DNA of 64,000 nt, from contig CAWEQH010000009.1 of assembly GCA_963811165.1 (NCBI GenBank), positions 32,001 to 96,000 on the forward strand. Reading direction: 5' to 3'. The notes beneath the pieces were generated by a model, which searched no databases, was not told where the DNA came from, and worked only from the letters and a program-made list of their open reading frames with translations. The DNA is from an uncultured Nitrospiraceae bacterium. Its GTDB lineage: Bacteria > Nitrospirota > Thermodesulfovibrionia > Thermodesulfovibrionales > UBA6898. Shown in pieces: positions 40,268 through 49,642 of the stretch. A program made the translations under genes and the position numbers. The number at the start of each line of letters is the position of its first letter. Within the stretch, counting starts at the first letter, position 1.

Positions 40268-40657
40268 ATGAAAAAAATAGCTTCAGTAACAATGGTCCTG
40301 CTTTTAATAGCGGGCATCGCGTACGCGAAGAATTATGAGGTGAAGAAGAAGGCCGGCGGCTATGACGTGGTCGCTACGCTTGACAAGAACCCGCCGGTCG
40401 CAGGCGACAATATTATTACGGTTGCAATAAAGGACGCATCGGGAAAGGCCGTTACCGACGCCAAGGTAAAGGTTGATTATACGATGCCTGCAATGCCGGG
40501 CATGCCTGCGATGAATTATAAGGCCGACGCCAAACTCGCCGGCAGCGAATACAAGGCGACGATGAACCTTTCGATGTCGGGCTCCTGGAACGTCGCGGTG
40601 AAAATCACAAAGGGCGGCAAGACCTCGACGATGAAGTTCAGCGTGGATGCACAGTAA
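40268..40657 (+). CDS. FixH/YtkA-like secreted Met-rich protein
   Basis: Signal peptide; KNPPVAGDN, YTMPAMPGMPAM, LSMSGSWNV. Confidence 0.8.
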   Translation: MKKIASVTMVLLLIAGIAYAKNYEVKKKAGGYDVVATLDKNPPVAGDNIITVAIKDASGKAVTDAKVKVDYTMPAMPGMPAMNYKADAKLAGSEYKATMNLSMSGSWNVAVKITKGGKTSTMKFSVDAQ

Positions 40658-40663
40658 GTCTCG

Positions 40664-41974
40664 ATGAAAAATGCAGGCGTAATGTGTGGCGGAGGGGTTA
40701 CCGAATTTCCCAATCGACCGCTCATTTCGCTTTTTGCAATATTTTCCATCTTTCTTTTTTTCGGGGTTTCCTTTGCCGATGATCTGAGGCTTAAGGACCT
40801 CATCGGGGAGGCGTTAGAGAAGAGCCCTGAGATCCTGGCCGCCCAAGCGAGGGCATCGGCAGCCAGGTTCAGGATACCCCAGGCAAAGAGTCTGCCTGAC
40901 CCGATGCTTATGTTCGGCTACCAAAACGAGGGATTCAACCGGTACTCCTACGGCGAAACTCTGATGTCCCAGTGGATGTTCTCCGGCTCCCAGATGTTCC
41001 CGTTTCCGGGCAAATTGGGATTAAAGGGGCAGATTGCATCGAAGGACGCAGAAACCCTCGGCGACATAAAGACGTTTACGCGGCTGAAGGTGGTCTCGAA
41101 AATCAGGGAGGTCTACTATGACCTTTTTCTTGCCTATAAAAATATCGATCTGATAAAGGAGAGGCTTTCTCTTTTTTCGCAGATCGAGGACGCAGCGGTT
41201 GCGCGCTATTCATCGGGGATGGGATCACAGCAGGAGGTGCTGATGGCCCAGACCGAAAAGTATATGCTCCTTGAAAAGGAGGAGATGCTTAGGCAGAAGA
41301 TCCAGTCGGCCGAGGCCATGTTGAATAGCACGGTGGGAAGGGACGTAAACGCCCCTCTGGGAAGACCTGTCGAGCCTGAATATAATCCCTATGCCCGCAC
41401 TGTTGATGAGATGCTGTTGCACGCCTATGAGAAATCTCCCGAGATAAAGGCCAAGGAGAGGATGGTTGCGGCCGCAGGACTTAGGGTGGACCTGGCCAAC
41501 AGGGAATATTATCCGGATTTTACGATCACGGCGGAGTACGACAAGAAGGGCGGACCCTTCATGGACATGTGGGCGCTTACAACCACGATCAACATCCCCC
41601 TCTACTACAAAACCAAACAGAGGCAGGGCGTTTTGGAGGCCGAGGCGATGCAGCTGGAGGCGAGACAAGAGCTTCAGGCGACGAAACTGATGATCGCTTC
41701 AAATATCAGGGACAATTATTCGATGATCAGGACTGCCGAGAGACTTATGGATTTATATAAGGGCGGTCTGATCCCCAAGTCCTATCAGGACTTCGAGTCC
41801 GCCCTTGCCGGATATGCGACTGGCAAGGCAGAGGCGTTGACCGTAATTTCGAGGCTGAAGTCCTTGATAGAATTCGAAAACCTTTACTGGGTTCAGCTTG
41901 CCGAAAGGGAAAAGGCGATTGCAAGATGCGAATCGATCTCAGGCATCTCGGAGACCTTGGGGGAAGGGCGATGA
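40664..41974 (+). CDS. cusC: TolC/CusC-like outer membrane factor
   Basis: SLPDPML, QMFPFPGKLGLK, YYPDF; upstream of cusBA. Confidence 0.85.
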   Translation: MKNAGVMCGGGVTEFPNRPLISLFAIFSIFLFFGVSFADDLRLKDLIGEALEKSPEILAAQARASAARFRIPQAKSLPDPMLMFGYQNEGFNRYSYGETLMSQWMFSGSQMFPFPGKLGLKGQIASKDAETLGDIKTFTRLKVVSKIREVYYDLFLAYKNIDLIKERLSLFSQIEDAAVARYSSGMGSQQEVLMAQTEKYMLLEKEEMLRQKIQSAEAMLNSTVGRDVNAPLGRPVEPEYNPYARTVDEMLLHAYEKSPEIKAKERMVAAAGLRVDLANREYYPDFTITAEYDKKGGPFMDMWALTTTINIPLYYKTKQRQGVLEAEAMQLEARQELQATKLMIASNIRDNYSMIRTAERLMDLYKGGLIPKSYQDFESALAGYATGKAEALTVISRLKSLIEFENLYWVQLAEREKAIARCESISGISETLGEGR

Positions 41975-43233
41975 AAAAGAACTATTTGATACTCACCGCT
42001 ATAGTGGTCCTTATAGCAGGTGCATTATTTTACGCGATAAAGACGGGCCACGGCCCCGATAGCCGGAAGGCCACTCAGGTATTACCAACAACTCAGGAGC
42101 ATCAGACAGGGACGCCCACTTCGACTCAGCCCCAGGCGCAGGCCCCGCAGTCTGAACAGGAAGAGGAAACCCCTACAGTAGAAATACCGCCTGAAAAACA
42201 GCAGCTGATAGGCGTCAAGACAGCCGAGGTTTCGGTGAGGCCTCTGCGGAAGATCATAAGGACCGTCGGGCTGATCGAATACGACGAGAGAAGGATTGCG
42301 ACCGTCAACACCAAGTTCGAAGGCTGGGTAGAAAAGCTTTATGTGGACTATAACGGAAAATACGTGAAAAAGGGCGAGCCCATGGCAGACGTCTATAGCC
42401 CTGAGCTTGTGGCCACCCAACAGGAGTTCATCAACCTGCTTAGGTGGGCAAAGAAGAGCAGTACCCCCCCGTCACCTTCCCTTGGTAAGGAGGAGAATGC
42501 GGTGGGGGATGCTTCTTTCACAGAGATGCTTGCCAGGGATGCCGGCGTGATGATCGAGGCTGCAAAACAGAGGCTCAGGTTATGGGACATCAACGAGGCC
42601 CAGATAAAAAAGATCGGTGAGAGCGGCAAGCCGATCAGGACACTCACTCTTTATAGCCCGGTAAACGGCTATGTTGTCCAGAAAACGGCGCTTCGGGGGA
42701 TGAAGGTGATGCCGGGAGAAAAGCTGTTCGATATCGCCGACCTTTCGACTCTATGGGTAATTGCGGATATTTATGAAAGCGAGCTGGCGATGGTAAAGCC
42801 AGGTGAAATGGCGAAGATCACCCTGAGTTATTTTCCGGATAAAGAGTTCTCTTCACGTATCGATTATGTGTATCCCTCTATCTCCGGAACGACCAGGAGC
42901 GCCAAGGTAAGGTTCGAGATCCCCAATTATGGGGGAAAGCTGAAGCCTCAGATGTATACCAATATCGAGGTGAAGATAGAGCTCGGCAGGAGGCTCTCGA
43001 TACCGGATGATGCAGTCATCGATACCGGTACGAGACAGATTGTGTATGTCGATAAGGGCGACGGGAATTTCGAGCCTAGGGAAGTGGCACTCGGCGTCAG
43101 GGCGGAGGGGATGCGAGAGGTCATGATGGGATTGAAGGCGGGGGAGAAGGTGGCCTCCTCGGCGACGTTCCTTATTGATTCAGAGGCCCAGCTTAGGAAT
43201 GTAACGCCGCTGAAAAGCAACAGGAAGAAGTAA
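41971..43233 (+). CDS. cusB: CusB-like membrane fusion protein
   Basis: GWVEKLYV, YSPELVATQQE, IADLSTLWV, LKPQMY, FLIDSE. Confidence 0.92.
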   Translation: MKKNYLILTAIVVLIAGALFYAIKTGHGPDSRKATQVLPTTQEHQTGTPTSTQPQAQAPQSEQEEETPTVEIPPEKQQLIGVKTAEVSVRPLRKIIRTVGLIEYDERRIATVNTKFEGWVEKLYVDYNGKYVKKGEPMADVYSPELVATQQEFINLLRWAKKSSTPPSPSLGKEENAVGDASFTEMLARDAGVMIEAAKQRLRLWDINEAQIKKIGESGKPIRTLTLYSPVNGYVVQKTALRGMKVMPGEKLFDIADLSTLWVIADIYESELAMVKPGEMAKITLSYFPDKEFSSRIDYVYPSISGTTRSAKVRFEIPNYGGKLKPQMYTNIEVKIELGRRLSIPDDAVIDTGTRQIVYVDKGDGNFEPREVALGVRAEGMREVMMGLKAGEKVASSATFLIDSEAQLRNVTPLKSNRKK

Positions 43234-43348
43234 GCAGCGAAAAGTGAAAAGTGAAACGAGACAAGGCGAAAAATAAATTAATGACATCAAGTTATATGCC
43301 TGATGTTTTTTTCTGTTCACCATTTACTATTCACTATTTACCGACTTT

Positions 43349-46300
43349 ATGATCTCCAAAATCATCGAATATAGCGCCCGGAACAAGTTCATCGTCTTTC
43401 TGACGGTCGGATTTCTTATTGTATGGGGGATATGGGCGATCAAAAATATCCCGCTCGATGCGATACCGGACCTGAGCGACACCCAGGTGATCATCTTCAC
43501 CGACTGGCCCGGCAGAAGCCCCGATCTTGTCGAAAACCAGGTCACCTATCCCATTACCTCGACACTTCTGGCTGCGCCGAAGGTCCAGGCCGTGCGCGGC
43601 TTTTCTTTCCTGGGCAGTTCTTTTATCTATGTCATCTTCGAAGAAGGTACGGATATTTATTGGGCCAGGAGCCGCGTGCTCGAATATATAGACTCGGTAA
43701 AAGGGAAGCTTCCTTCCGGCGTGAGCCCTGTGCTCGGTCCGGACGCAACGAGCCTCGGATGGGGCTTTAGTTACGCCGTGGTCGATGAAACGGGCGGGCA
43801 CGACCTTTCGCAGCTGAGGTCTATTCAGGACTGGAATATCAAACTCGCTCTCGAAAGCGTGCAGGGTGTGTCTCAGGTGGCGAGTGTGGGCGGGTTCGTA
43901 AAACAGTATCAGGTGAATATAGACCCGAACCGCCTTGCGGCGTATAACGTGCCGATCATGAAGGTGGTCGACGCCGTCCGGGCGAGCAACAAAGACGTAG
44001 AGGGAAGGGTCGTCGAATTCTCCGGAGCAGAGTACATGGTGAGGGGACGCGGATATATAAGAAATGTTCAGGACATCGAAAATATCTCGGTAGGCACGAA
44101 CGGCGCGGGCTCGCCGGTCCTGGTGCGGGACGTTGCGACGGTCCAGCTCGGCCCCGACATGAGAAGGGGCATTGCCGAACTCGACGGCAAGGGGGAAGTG
44201 GCGGGAGGCATAGTCGTAGTCCGCTTCGGAGAGAATGTGTTGAACGTGATCGAACGCGTCAAGGCAAAGATCGCTAAGGACATCCAGCCGTCGCTGCCTA
44301 AAGGCGTCAGGATTGTAACGACATACGACAGGTCGGACCTGATCCACAGGTCGATAGAAACGCTTAGGGAAGAGATAATAAAGCTCTCCATAGCGGTGAG
44401 CGTGGTCTGCCTCGTCTTTCTCTTTCATCTTCCGAGCGCACTGGTGGTGATATTGACCCTGCCGGTTTCGATAGTGATCTCCTTTATCTGCATGTATTAC
44501 CTGGGCGTTACCTCAAACATCATGAGCTTGGGCGGCATAGCCATCGCCATAGGTGCAATGGTCGACGCCTCGATCATTATGGTCGAAAACGCGCATAAGA
44601 AGATGGAGGAATGGATCTGTGACGGCAGAAGGAGATGCAGCAGGACCGACGTGATCATCGACGCGGCTAAAGAAGTTGGACCGTCTCTCTTTTTCTCTCT
44701 TTTGGTAATCACCGTCGGCTTTCTTCCGGTATTTACCCTACAGGCCCAGGCAGGCAGGCTATTTAAGCCGCTGGCCTTCACAAAGACCTTTGCGATGCTC
44801 TTTGCATCCTTCCTTGCGATCACGCTTACCCCGGTGCTGATGGATCTCTTTATCCGCGGGAACATCAAACCGGAGGGCGAAAACCCGATCGTCAAATTCC
44901 TTGGCAAGTTTTATAAGCCGAGGGTGCATTTTTCCCTGAGGCACAGCTGGCCGATCGTCATCGTTGCGATGTTAATCGTTACCATTACCGGCATCATATT
45001 CATATTTCCTATGTTCGGCATCACGGTCCTACCCTCAGTGAAACTCGGCTCAGAATTTCAGCCTCCACTAAATGAGGGGACGCTCTTTTATATGCCTGTC
45101 ACCGTGCCAGGTGCTTCAGTATCGGAGGCGTCAAGACTCCTAGTGATGCAGGACAGGCTGCTTAAAACCATCCCTGAAGTTTCACAGGTCTTCGGAAAAG
45201 CCGGAAGGGCGGAGACGGCCACTGATCCCGCTCCCCTTGAGATGTTTGAGACTGTTGTCAATCTCAAACCCGAGTCGCAATGGCGGAAGGGCATGGATGT
45301 GGATACACTCAAAAACGAGATAAACGATGTCCTGACCATCCCCGGCGTGTCAAATACGATTACTATGCCTATAAAGGCGCGGATTGATATGAACGCTACG
45401 GGTATGAAGACGAATGTCGGCGTAAAGGTCATCGGGCCGAAGCTTGATGAAATCGAAAGGGTCTCGAAACAGGTGGAGGACGCGATCAAAGATATCCCCG
45501 GCACGCGAAGTACGTATGCAGAGAGGGTCGGGACCGGCTATTTCCTCGATATAATCCCTAAGCGTGAGGAAATAGCCCGCTACGGCCTTTCGATAAACGA
45601 TGTTCAGGACGTGGTCGAGACATCACTTGGAGGTATGAATGTCACGACTACGGTCGAGGGCAGGGAACGCTATCCGGTGAACGTGAGGTATATGAGGGAA
45701 TTGAGGAACGACATAGAAAAGATAAAGAGGATACTCGTGCCCGTCACACTTTCAACCGGTCCCTCAGGCGGTCCGTCAGGTATGGGAGGCCCTGTGCAGG
45801 CTGAAGCCGCAGATCGCATCCCGCTCGGTGAGATCGCCGACATTTCTCTCATTAAAGGCCCTACGGCGATCAAGAGCGAGGAGGGACTTCTTGCAAACTA
45901 TGTCTACGTCGATTATTCAGGGGGCGACCTCGGAGGATATGTGGAGGCCGCGATGAAAAAGGTCGCCTCGGCGGTCAAACTGCCGGAGGGCTACAGGCTT
46001 CTCTGGAGCGGCGAATACGAATATATCGTAAAGATGCATGAGAGGCTGAAGACGGTGATCCCCCTCACACTCGTTATCATCTTCGTCCTTCTCTATTTTA
46101 ATACGAAGTCCGTCACAAAGACGTTCATCGTGCTCCTCGCCGTGCCTTTTTCACTCGTCGGATCTTTCTGGTTCCTTTATTTTCTCAACTACAACATGAG
46201 CATCGCGGTATGGGTCGGCATGATCGCCCTTGCCGGACTCGATGCCGAGACAGGTGTCGTAATGCTCCTTTATCTCGATCTCGCCTACGAGCAATGGAAG

Positions 46301-46597
46301 AAGGAAGAAAGGATGAAGACCGTGGCCGACCTTGACGATGCGATCATGCACGGGGCGGTAAAGAGGATACGGCCGAAGCTTATGACCGTCGGTGTTATCC
46401 TCGCCGGCCTTATCCCGATCATGTTCAGCCACGGTGCCGGCTCAGACGTCATGAAGAGGATCGCGGCGCCGATGATCGGCGGTGTCGTCACTTCAGAAAT
46501 CCTGGAGCTGACTATATATCCTGCTATCTATAAGATATGGAGGAGAAGGGAGCTGACGCCGGCTGATCCAAATCCACCATCAAAAATATCTGCATGA
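43349..46597 (+). CDS. cusA: CusA/CzcA heavy-metal efflux RND permease
   Basis: LDAIPDLSDTQVI, GTDIYWARSRVLEY, GAMVDA, FYMP, ATDPAPLEMFET, RIRPKLMT. Confidence 0.95.
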   Translation: MISKIIEYSARNKFIVFLTVGFLIVWGIWAIKNIPLDAIPDLSDTQVIIFTDWPGRSPDLVENQVTYPITSTLLAAPKVQAVRGFSFLGSSFIYVIFEEGTDIYWARSRVLEYIDSVKGKLPSGVSPVLGPDATSLGWGFSYAVVDETGGHDLSQLRSIQDWNIKLALESVQGVSQVASVGGFVKQYQVNIDPNRLAAYNVPIMKVVDAVRASNKDVEGRVVEFSGAEYMVRGRGYIRNVQDIENISVGTNGAGSPVLVRDVATVQLGPDMRRGIAELDGKGEVAGGIVVVRFGENVLNVIERVKAKIAKDIQPSLPKGVRIVTTYDRSDLIHRSIETLREEIIKLSIAVSVVCLVFLFHLPSALVVILTLPVSIVISFICMYYLGVTSNIMSLGGIAIAIGAMVDASIIMVENAHKKMEEWICDGRRRCSRTDVIIDAAKEVGPSLFFSLLVITVGFLPVFTLQAQAGRLFKPLAFTKTFAMLFASFLAITLTPVLMDLFIRGNIKPEGENPIVKFLGKFYKPRVHFSLRHSWPIVIVAMLIVTITGIIFIFPMFGITVLPSVKLGSEFQPPLNEGTLFYMPVTVPGASVSEASRLLVMQDRLLKTIPEVSQVFGKAGRAETATDPAPLEMFETVVNLKPESQWRKGMDVDTLKNEINDVLTIPGVSNTITMPIKARIDMNATGMKTNVGVKVIGPKLDEIERVSKQVEDAIKDIPGTRSTYAERVGTGYFLDIIPKREEIARYGLSINDVQDVVETSLGGMNVTTTVEGRERYPVNVRYMRELRNDIEKIKRILVPVTLSTGPSGGPSGMGGPVQAEAADRIPLGEIADISLIKGPTAIKSEEGLLANYVYVDYSGGDLGGYVEAAMKKVASAVKLPEGYRLLWSGEYEYIVKMHERLKTVIPLTLVIIFVLLYFNTKSVTKTFIVLLAVPFSLVGSFWFLYFLNYNMSIAVWVGMIALAGLDAETGVVMLLYLDLAYEQWKKEERMKTVADLDDAIMHGAVKRIRPKLMTVGVILAGLIPIMFSHGAGSDVMKRIAAPMIGGVVTSEILELTIYPAIYKIWRRRELTPADPNPPSKISA

Positions 46598-46705
46598 GGA
46601 TGGCACCGTTGCGCGTCACCGCGAAGGCGATACAATACGCGCCGCTGAAACTGTAGTGTCCTCATTTGATTGGGACACTGCCAACCGCTCTGATGCCGTC
46701 CCTCA
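46595..46705. repeat. Structured dispersed repeat, rearranged copy G
   Basis: ggcaccgttgcg...caatacgcgccgctgaaac matches B/C; left arm missing; hairpin inserted before accgctc. Confidence 0.75.
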
Positions 46706-46766
46706 CGCAAACGTGAGGGTGGTATGACAGGATTGACATAAGTTATTCGAAATATTATAACTATGT

Positions 46767-46991
46767 ATGATCCTGGTCCTCGGATTAGTCCCCTTTTTGA
46801 CGCTCCTGTTTTCTGCGCTCGTCCTTGGAAATGCCGGCAGAAATCCCAAAGAAAAAATTACCCTTTTTTTTTACAGCCCCTCAGATACCGACAGGGAGTC
46901 GGCCAACCTTATTGCAGCGCTCAGGTTTTTCTTCTGGATCTCCCTTCTTGTCTCGGCATGGATGATTTACGGAGCACTGAGAAGCGGCTGA
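46767..46991 (+). CDS. Small two-TM hypothetical protein
   Basis: 74-aa ORF with two hydrophobic segments; no clear RBS. Confidence 0.4.
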   Translation: MILVLGLVPFLTLLFSALVLGNAGRNPKEKITLFFYSPSDTDRESANLIAALRFFFWISLLVSAWMIYGALRSG

Positions 46992-47168
46992 TTACCGACG
47001 GGAACGCGTTGCACTGAACTGCTGACAGCGCTTGCCTTTTTCTTTATTTTTTAAACATTATATAGGGACAAATGAGACATATCTTTTTTTTGCGTCATCT
47101 GACGGGATACATTTCGAGGCGGCTTAATAGTAAAGGACTGCGAGTTTTGCCTTAGGCCGGCGAGGACT

Positions 47169-47600
47169 ATGATAAGGAATAAACATTCTGTTTTATGTTG
47201 TCTGCTCCTTGTCTATTTTGTTGTATATGCGGTATCACCGCTTTCCTATACGTATACCGCCGGTAAAATTGTAGACAAGATCTGCGGCACGAACGGTTCG
47301 TCTGCTTTCGCGGAAACCCTGAATATATTTTTGCTGGAAGTCATCTGCGCCAAAATAGAGGCAAAGAACGATGCCGATCAAACCAATTCTACGGCCAGGG
47401 TCCTCATCAGAAAGGCCCGTGCGATCCTGCCCGAAAATACCAATTTGCGGTCTAGTCCTTTTGACAGTGTATCGCTGTCCGGATATGTTACGTCGTGCTG
47501 CTATAGTTCTTTGTCGAAGGTCGTGGACCATTCGAATGAGCAACATTCCACTTGTGAATTCAATCCCCTGCATTCAGGGCCTGCCCCTCCGTCAGTATAA
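47169..47600 (+). CDS. Hypothetical exported protein ending HSGPAPPSV
   Basis: RBS gagga; N-terminal hydrophobic segment; Cys-rich. Confidence 0.6.
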   Translation: MIRNKHSVLCCLLLVYFVVYAVSPLSYTYTAGKIVDKICGTNGSSAFAETLNIFLLEVICAKIEAKNDADQTNSTARVLIRKARAILPENTNLRSSPFDSVSLSGYVTSCCYSSLSKVVDHSNEQHSTCEFNPLHSGPAPPSV

Positions 47601-47739
47601 TCAAAAAGGCATATTTTCTTTCAATGTGGCGAGTCTATTGTACAAGGGAAGAATTTTGACCCTTTCCGTGGTGTCATTTGGATGAGAGAGTGGAGGGGAT
47701 TTTTTATGTCCCTTTGATGATAAATAAAACGGAGGCAAA

Positions 47740-48297
47740 ATGAAGAAGATACTTTCAATTTTAGCGATAGCAGGTATTATTATCTCAGGATGTGCGAGCA
47801 AGGGCACGGTAAAAGAGACAAGTCAGCCCCAACAAAAAGCTGCAGAGCAGGAGCAGGTCAAGGATAAGATGGCGGAGAAGAAGGTGTCCCAGGAACCAGT
47901 TTCATCAAAAGAGTCTGCAGATCTGGATTCTCTTAGGCTTATCAGGGAAATGCAGGCAAAGATGAAGGACATCCATTTCGATTTTGACAGATATGCCATA
48001 AGAAATGACGATAGACCCATTCTTAAGGAAGTCGCCGAAACACTCAGAAAAAATAGTTTGGTGAAAGTCTCGATTGAGGGAAATTGTGACGAAAGAGGCA
48101 CTAACGAGTACAATTTGGCCCTGGGGGACAGAAGGGCAACCGCTGCCAAGGACTTTCTTTTGTCACTTGGGATACAAGCCGGCAGAATGGATACGGTAAG
48201 TTACGGCGAGGAAAAGCCTCTTTGTACCGAAAACAACGAGACTTGTTGGGCTAAAAACAGAAGAGACCATTTTGCCCTGGAAGGAGGCAAGCACTGA
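47740..48297 (+). CDS. pal: Pal/OmpA-family lipoprotein
   Basis: Lipobox ISGC; IHFDFD, EGNCDERGTNEYNLALGDRRA, SYGEEKP, KNRR. Confidence 0.9.
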   Translation: MKKILSILAIAGIIISGCASKGTVKETSQPQQKAAEQEQVKDKMAEKKVSQEPVSSKESADLDSLRLIREMQAKMKDIHFDFDRYAIRNDDRPILKEVAETLRKNSLVKVSIEGNCDERGTNEYNLALGDRRATAAKDFLLSLGIQAGRMDTVSYGEEKPLCTENNETCWAKNRRDHFALEGGKH

Positions 48298-48440
48298 CGC
48301 GTTATACTGCACTGACTTAATTCCAGGGGAAGCAATTTTTCAGAGGGGCGCAGGCATCTGACCTGTGCCCCGGCATTCCTTGCTGTTCTCCACTAGTTTT
48401 GCGAATACACTTTCTCTGTTTTGTCGGTTGAACGATGGAC

Positions 48441-48475
48441 ATTTAATAAATGAGAAAAAGGGTTCTCGAGGGTTC
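48441..48475 (+). repeat. Direct repeat of the CLC gene start (34/35 match to 53773-53807)
   Basis: atttaataaatgagaaaaagggttctcgaRggttc. Confidence 0.85.
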
Positions 48476-48529
48476 TGCCTTCTTAACAAGAGAAAAGTAA
48501 TAAGCGATTATCGCCCAATGCTAAATTAG

Positions 48530-48763
48530 TTATTTATTATTCTCTTTCTTGTCTTCAGGCTGAGCACCCTTCTTCAATTCCTTCTTTTTATCACCGACAT
48601 CAGAGTTAGCACGCATGTCTTTACTGCAATGCTTCGCATGATCTGTTATGGTAACAGTTTCTTTTCTTTGGTCATCCTGATTGTTGTTTGTGCTGCCGCT
48701 ATTTGCAAAAGCGCCTCCAGCGAAAGCAAGTATCATTACTCCTGTCATAAGAAGCCTCTTCAT
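48530..48763 (-). CDS. Small secreted protein
   Basis: RBS aggagg; signal peptide ending AFA; polar mature part. Confidence 0.65.
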   Translation of the reverse strand: MKRLLMTGVMILAFAGGAFANSGSTNNNQDDQRKETVTITDHAKHCSKDMRANSDVGDKKKELKKGAQPEDKKENNK

Positions 48764-48793
48764 TACAACCTCCTCTTTGTTGTTTTCCTTTCT

Positions 48794-49633
48794 TTACTCC
48801 GCGGGTCCAAGATAGGGAAGAGCCCCCTTGTCCTGGCTCGGTTCCCTGTAGACATTGACGACAAAATCAACCCTCCTAATTGTCCCGTTATGTTTAAACT
48901 CTGCAAAGACTGCATGCTTGCCCGGCCTCATAAACACAATGCTGACGGCAACATCAGGACCACCGAGGTTCTGTTTGGGCGTCATATATATAAATTCTTT
49001 CAGGTCCTCATCCCACGCTGCAACCTGTATGTCGGCACCGTCCATCTTTTCGATATCCTTCAGAGGCTTCCCCTTGTAGCTTATCTCGTAAAGAAAGGTG
49101 CCGACGTGGTCCGCATAGATCTTCTTGGGATATAGCTTTACCTTTACATCGTAGTTCTCATCACCGGGCTTCGAAGCGGGTTCCGCCCTACCATCGGCTT
49201 TTTGCAACCTTATATCCTTTCGGAGATTTACCCAGCCCGTATCTGTCCTGAATACCACCTCAAACCGATATTTGCCGGTTGCTGGCGCCGCGAAATTGAA
49301 TAAGTATTTGCCGGCACCGTTGGTTACAGGTCTGACGTGGGCAAAGGTATGAAGGTCTTCGTCCGTTATGAAGACATTCATATCATCTATTTTGACGGAT
49401 GATTCCCTTTTCACCTCAAACGAAAACTGATCATTCAGCCCTGCTGTCGGGCCGCCATATTCCATTACAAGTTCATACCCACCGGGATTCCTCACAACAT
49501 GCCATATATAGGGTTTCTCGTTGTGAGTATCGGGGATGATAAGCACCTCTTTGTCAAGATCGAGGTCTGCCCCTGCTGTCGCTGTCAACCCAAGGACGAT
49601 GAAGATTATGCCCGCGAAGACTTGTGTAATCAT
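48794..49633 (-). CDS. Secreted YtkA-like protein, paralog of 9388-10350
   Basis: DLHTFAHVRP, GPDVAVSIVFMRPGKHAVFAEFKHNG. Confidence 0.7.
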   Translation of the reverse strand: MITQVFAGIIFIVLGLTATAGADLDLDKEVLIIPDTHNEKPYIWHVVRNPGGYELVMEYGGPTAGLNDQFSFEVKRESSVKIDDMNVFITDEDLHTFAHVRPVTNGAGKYLFNFAAPATGKYRFEVVFRTDTGWVNLRKDIRLQKADGRAEPASKPGDENYDVKVKLYPKKIYADHVGTFLYEISYKGKPLKDIEKMDGADIQVAAWDEDLKEFIYMTPKQNLGGPDVAVSIVFMRPGKHAVFAEFKHNGTIRRVDFVVNVYREPSQDKGALPYLGPAE

Positions 49634-49642
49634 TTTTCCCCC

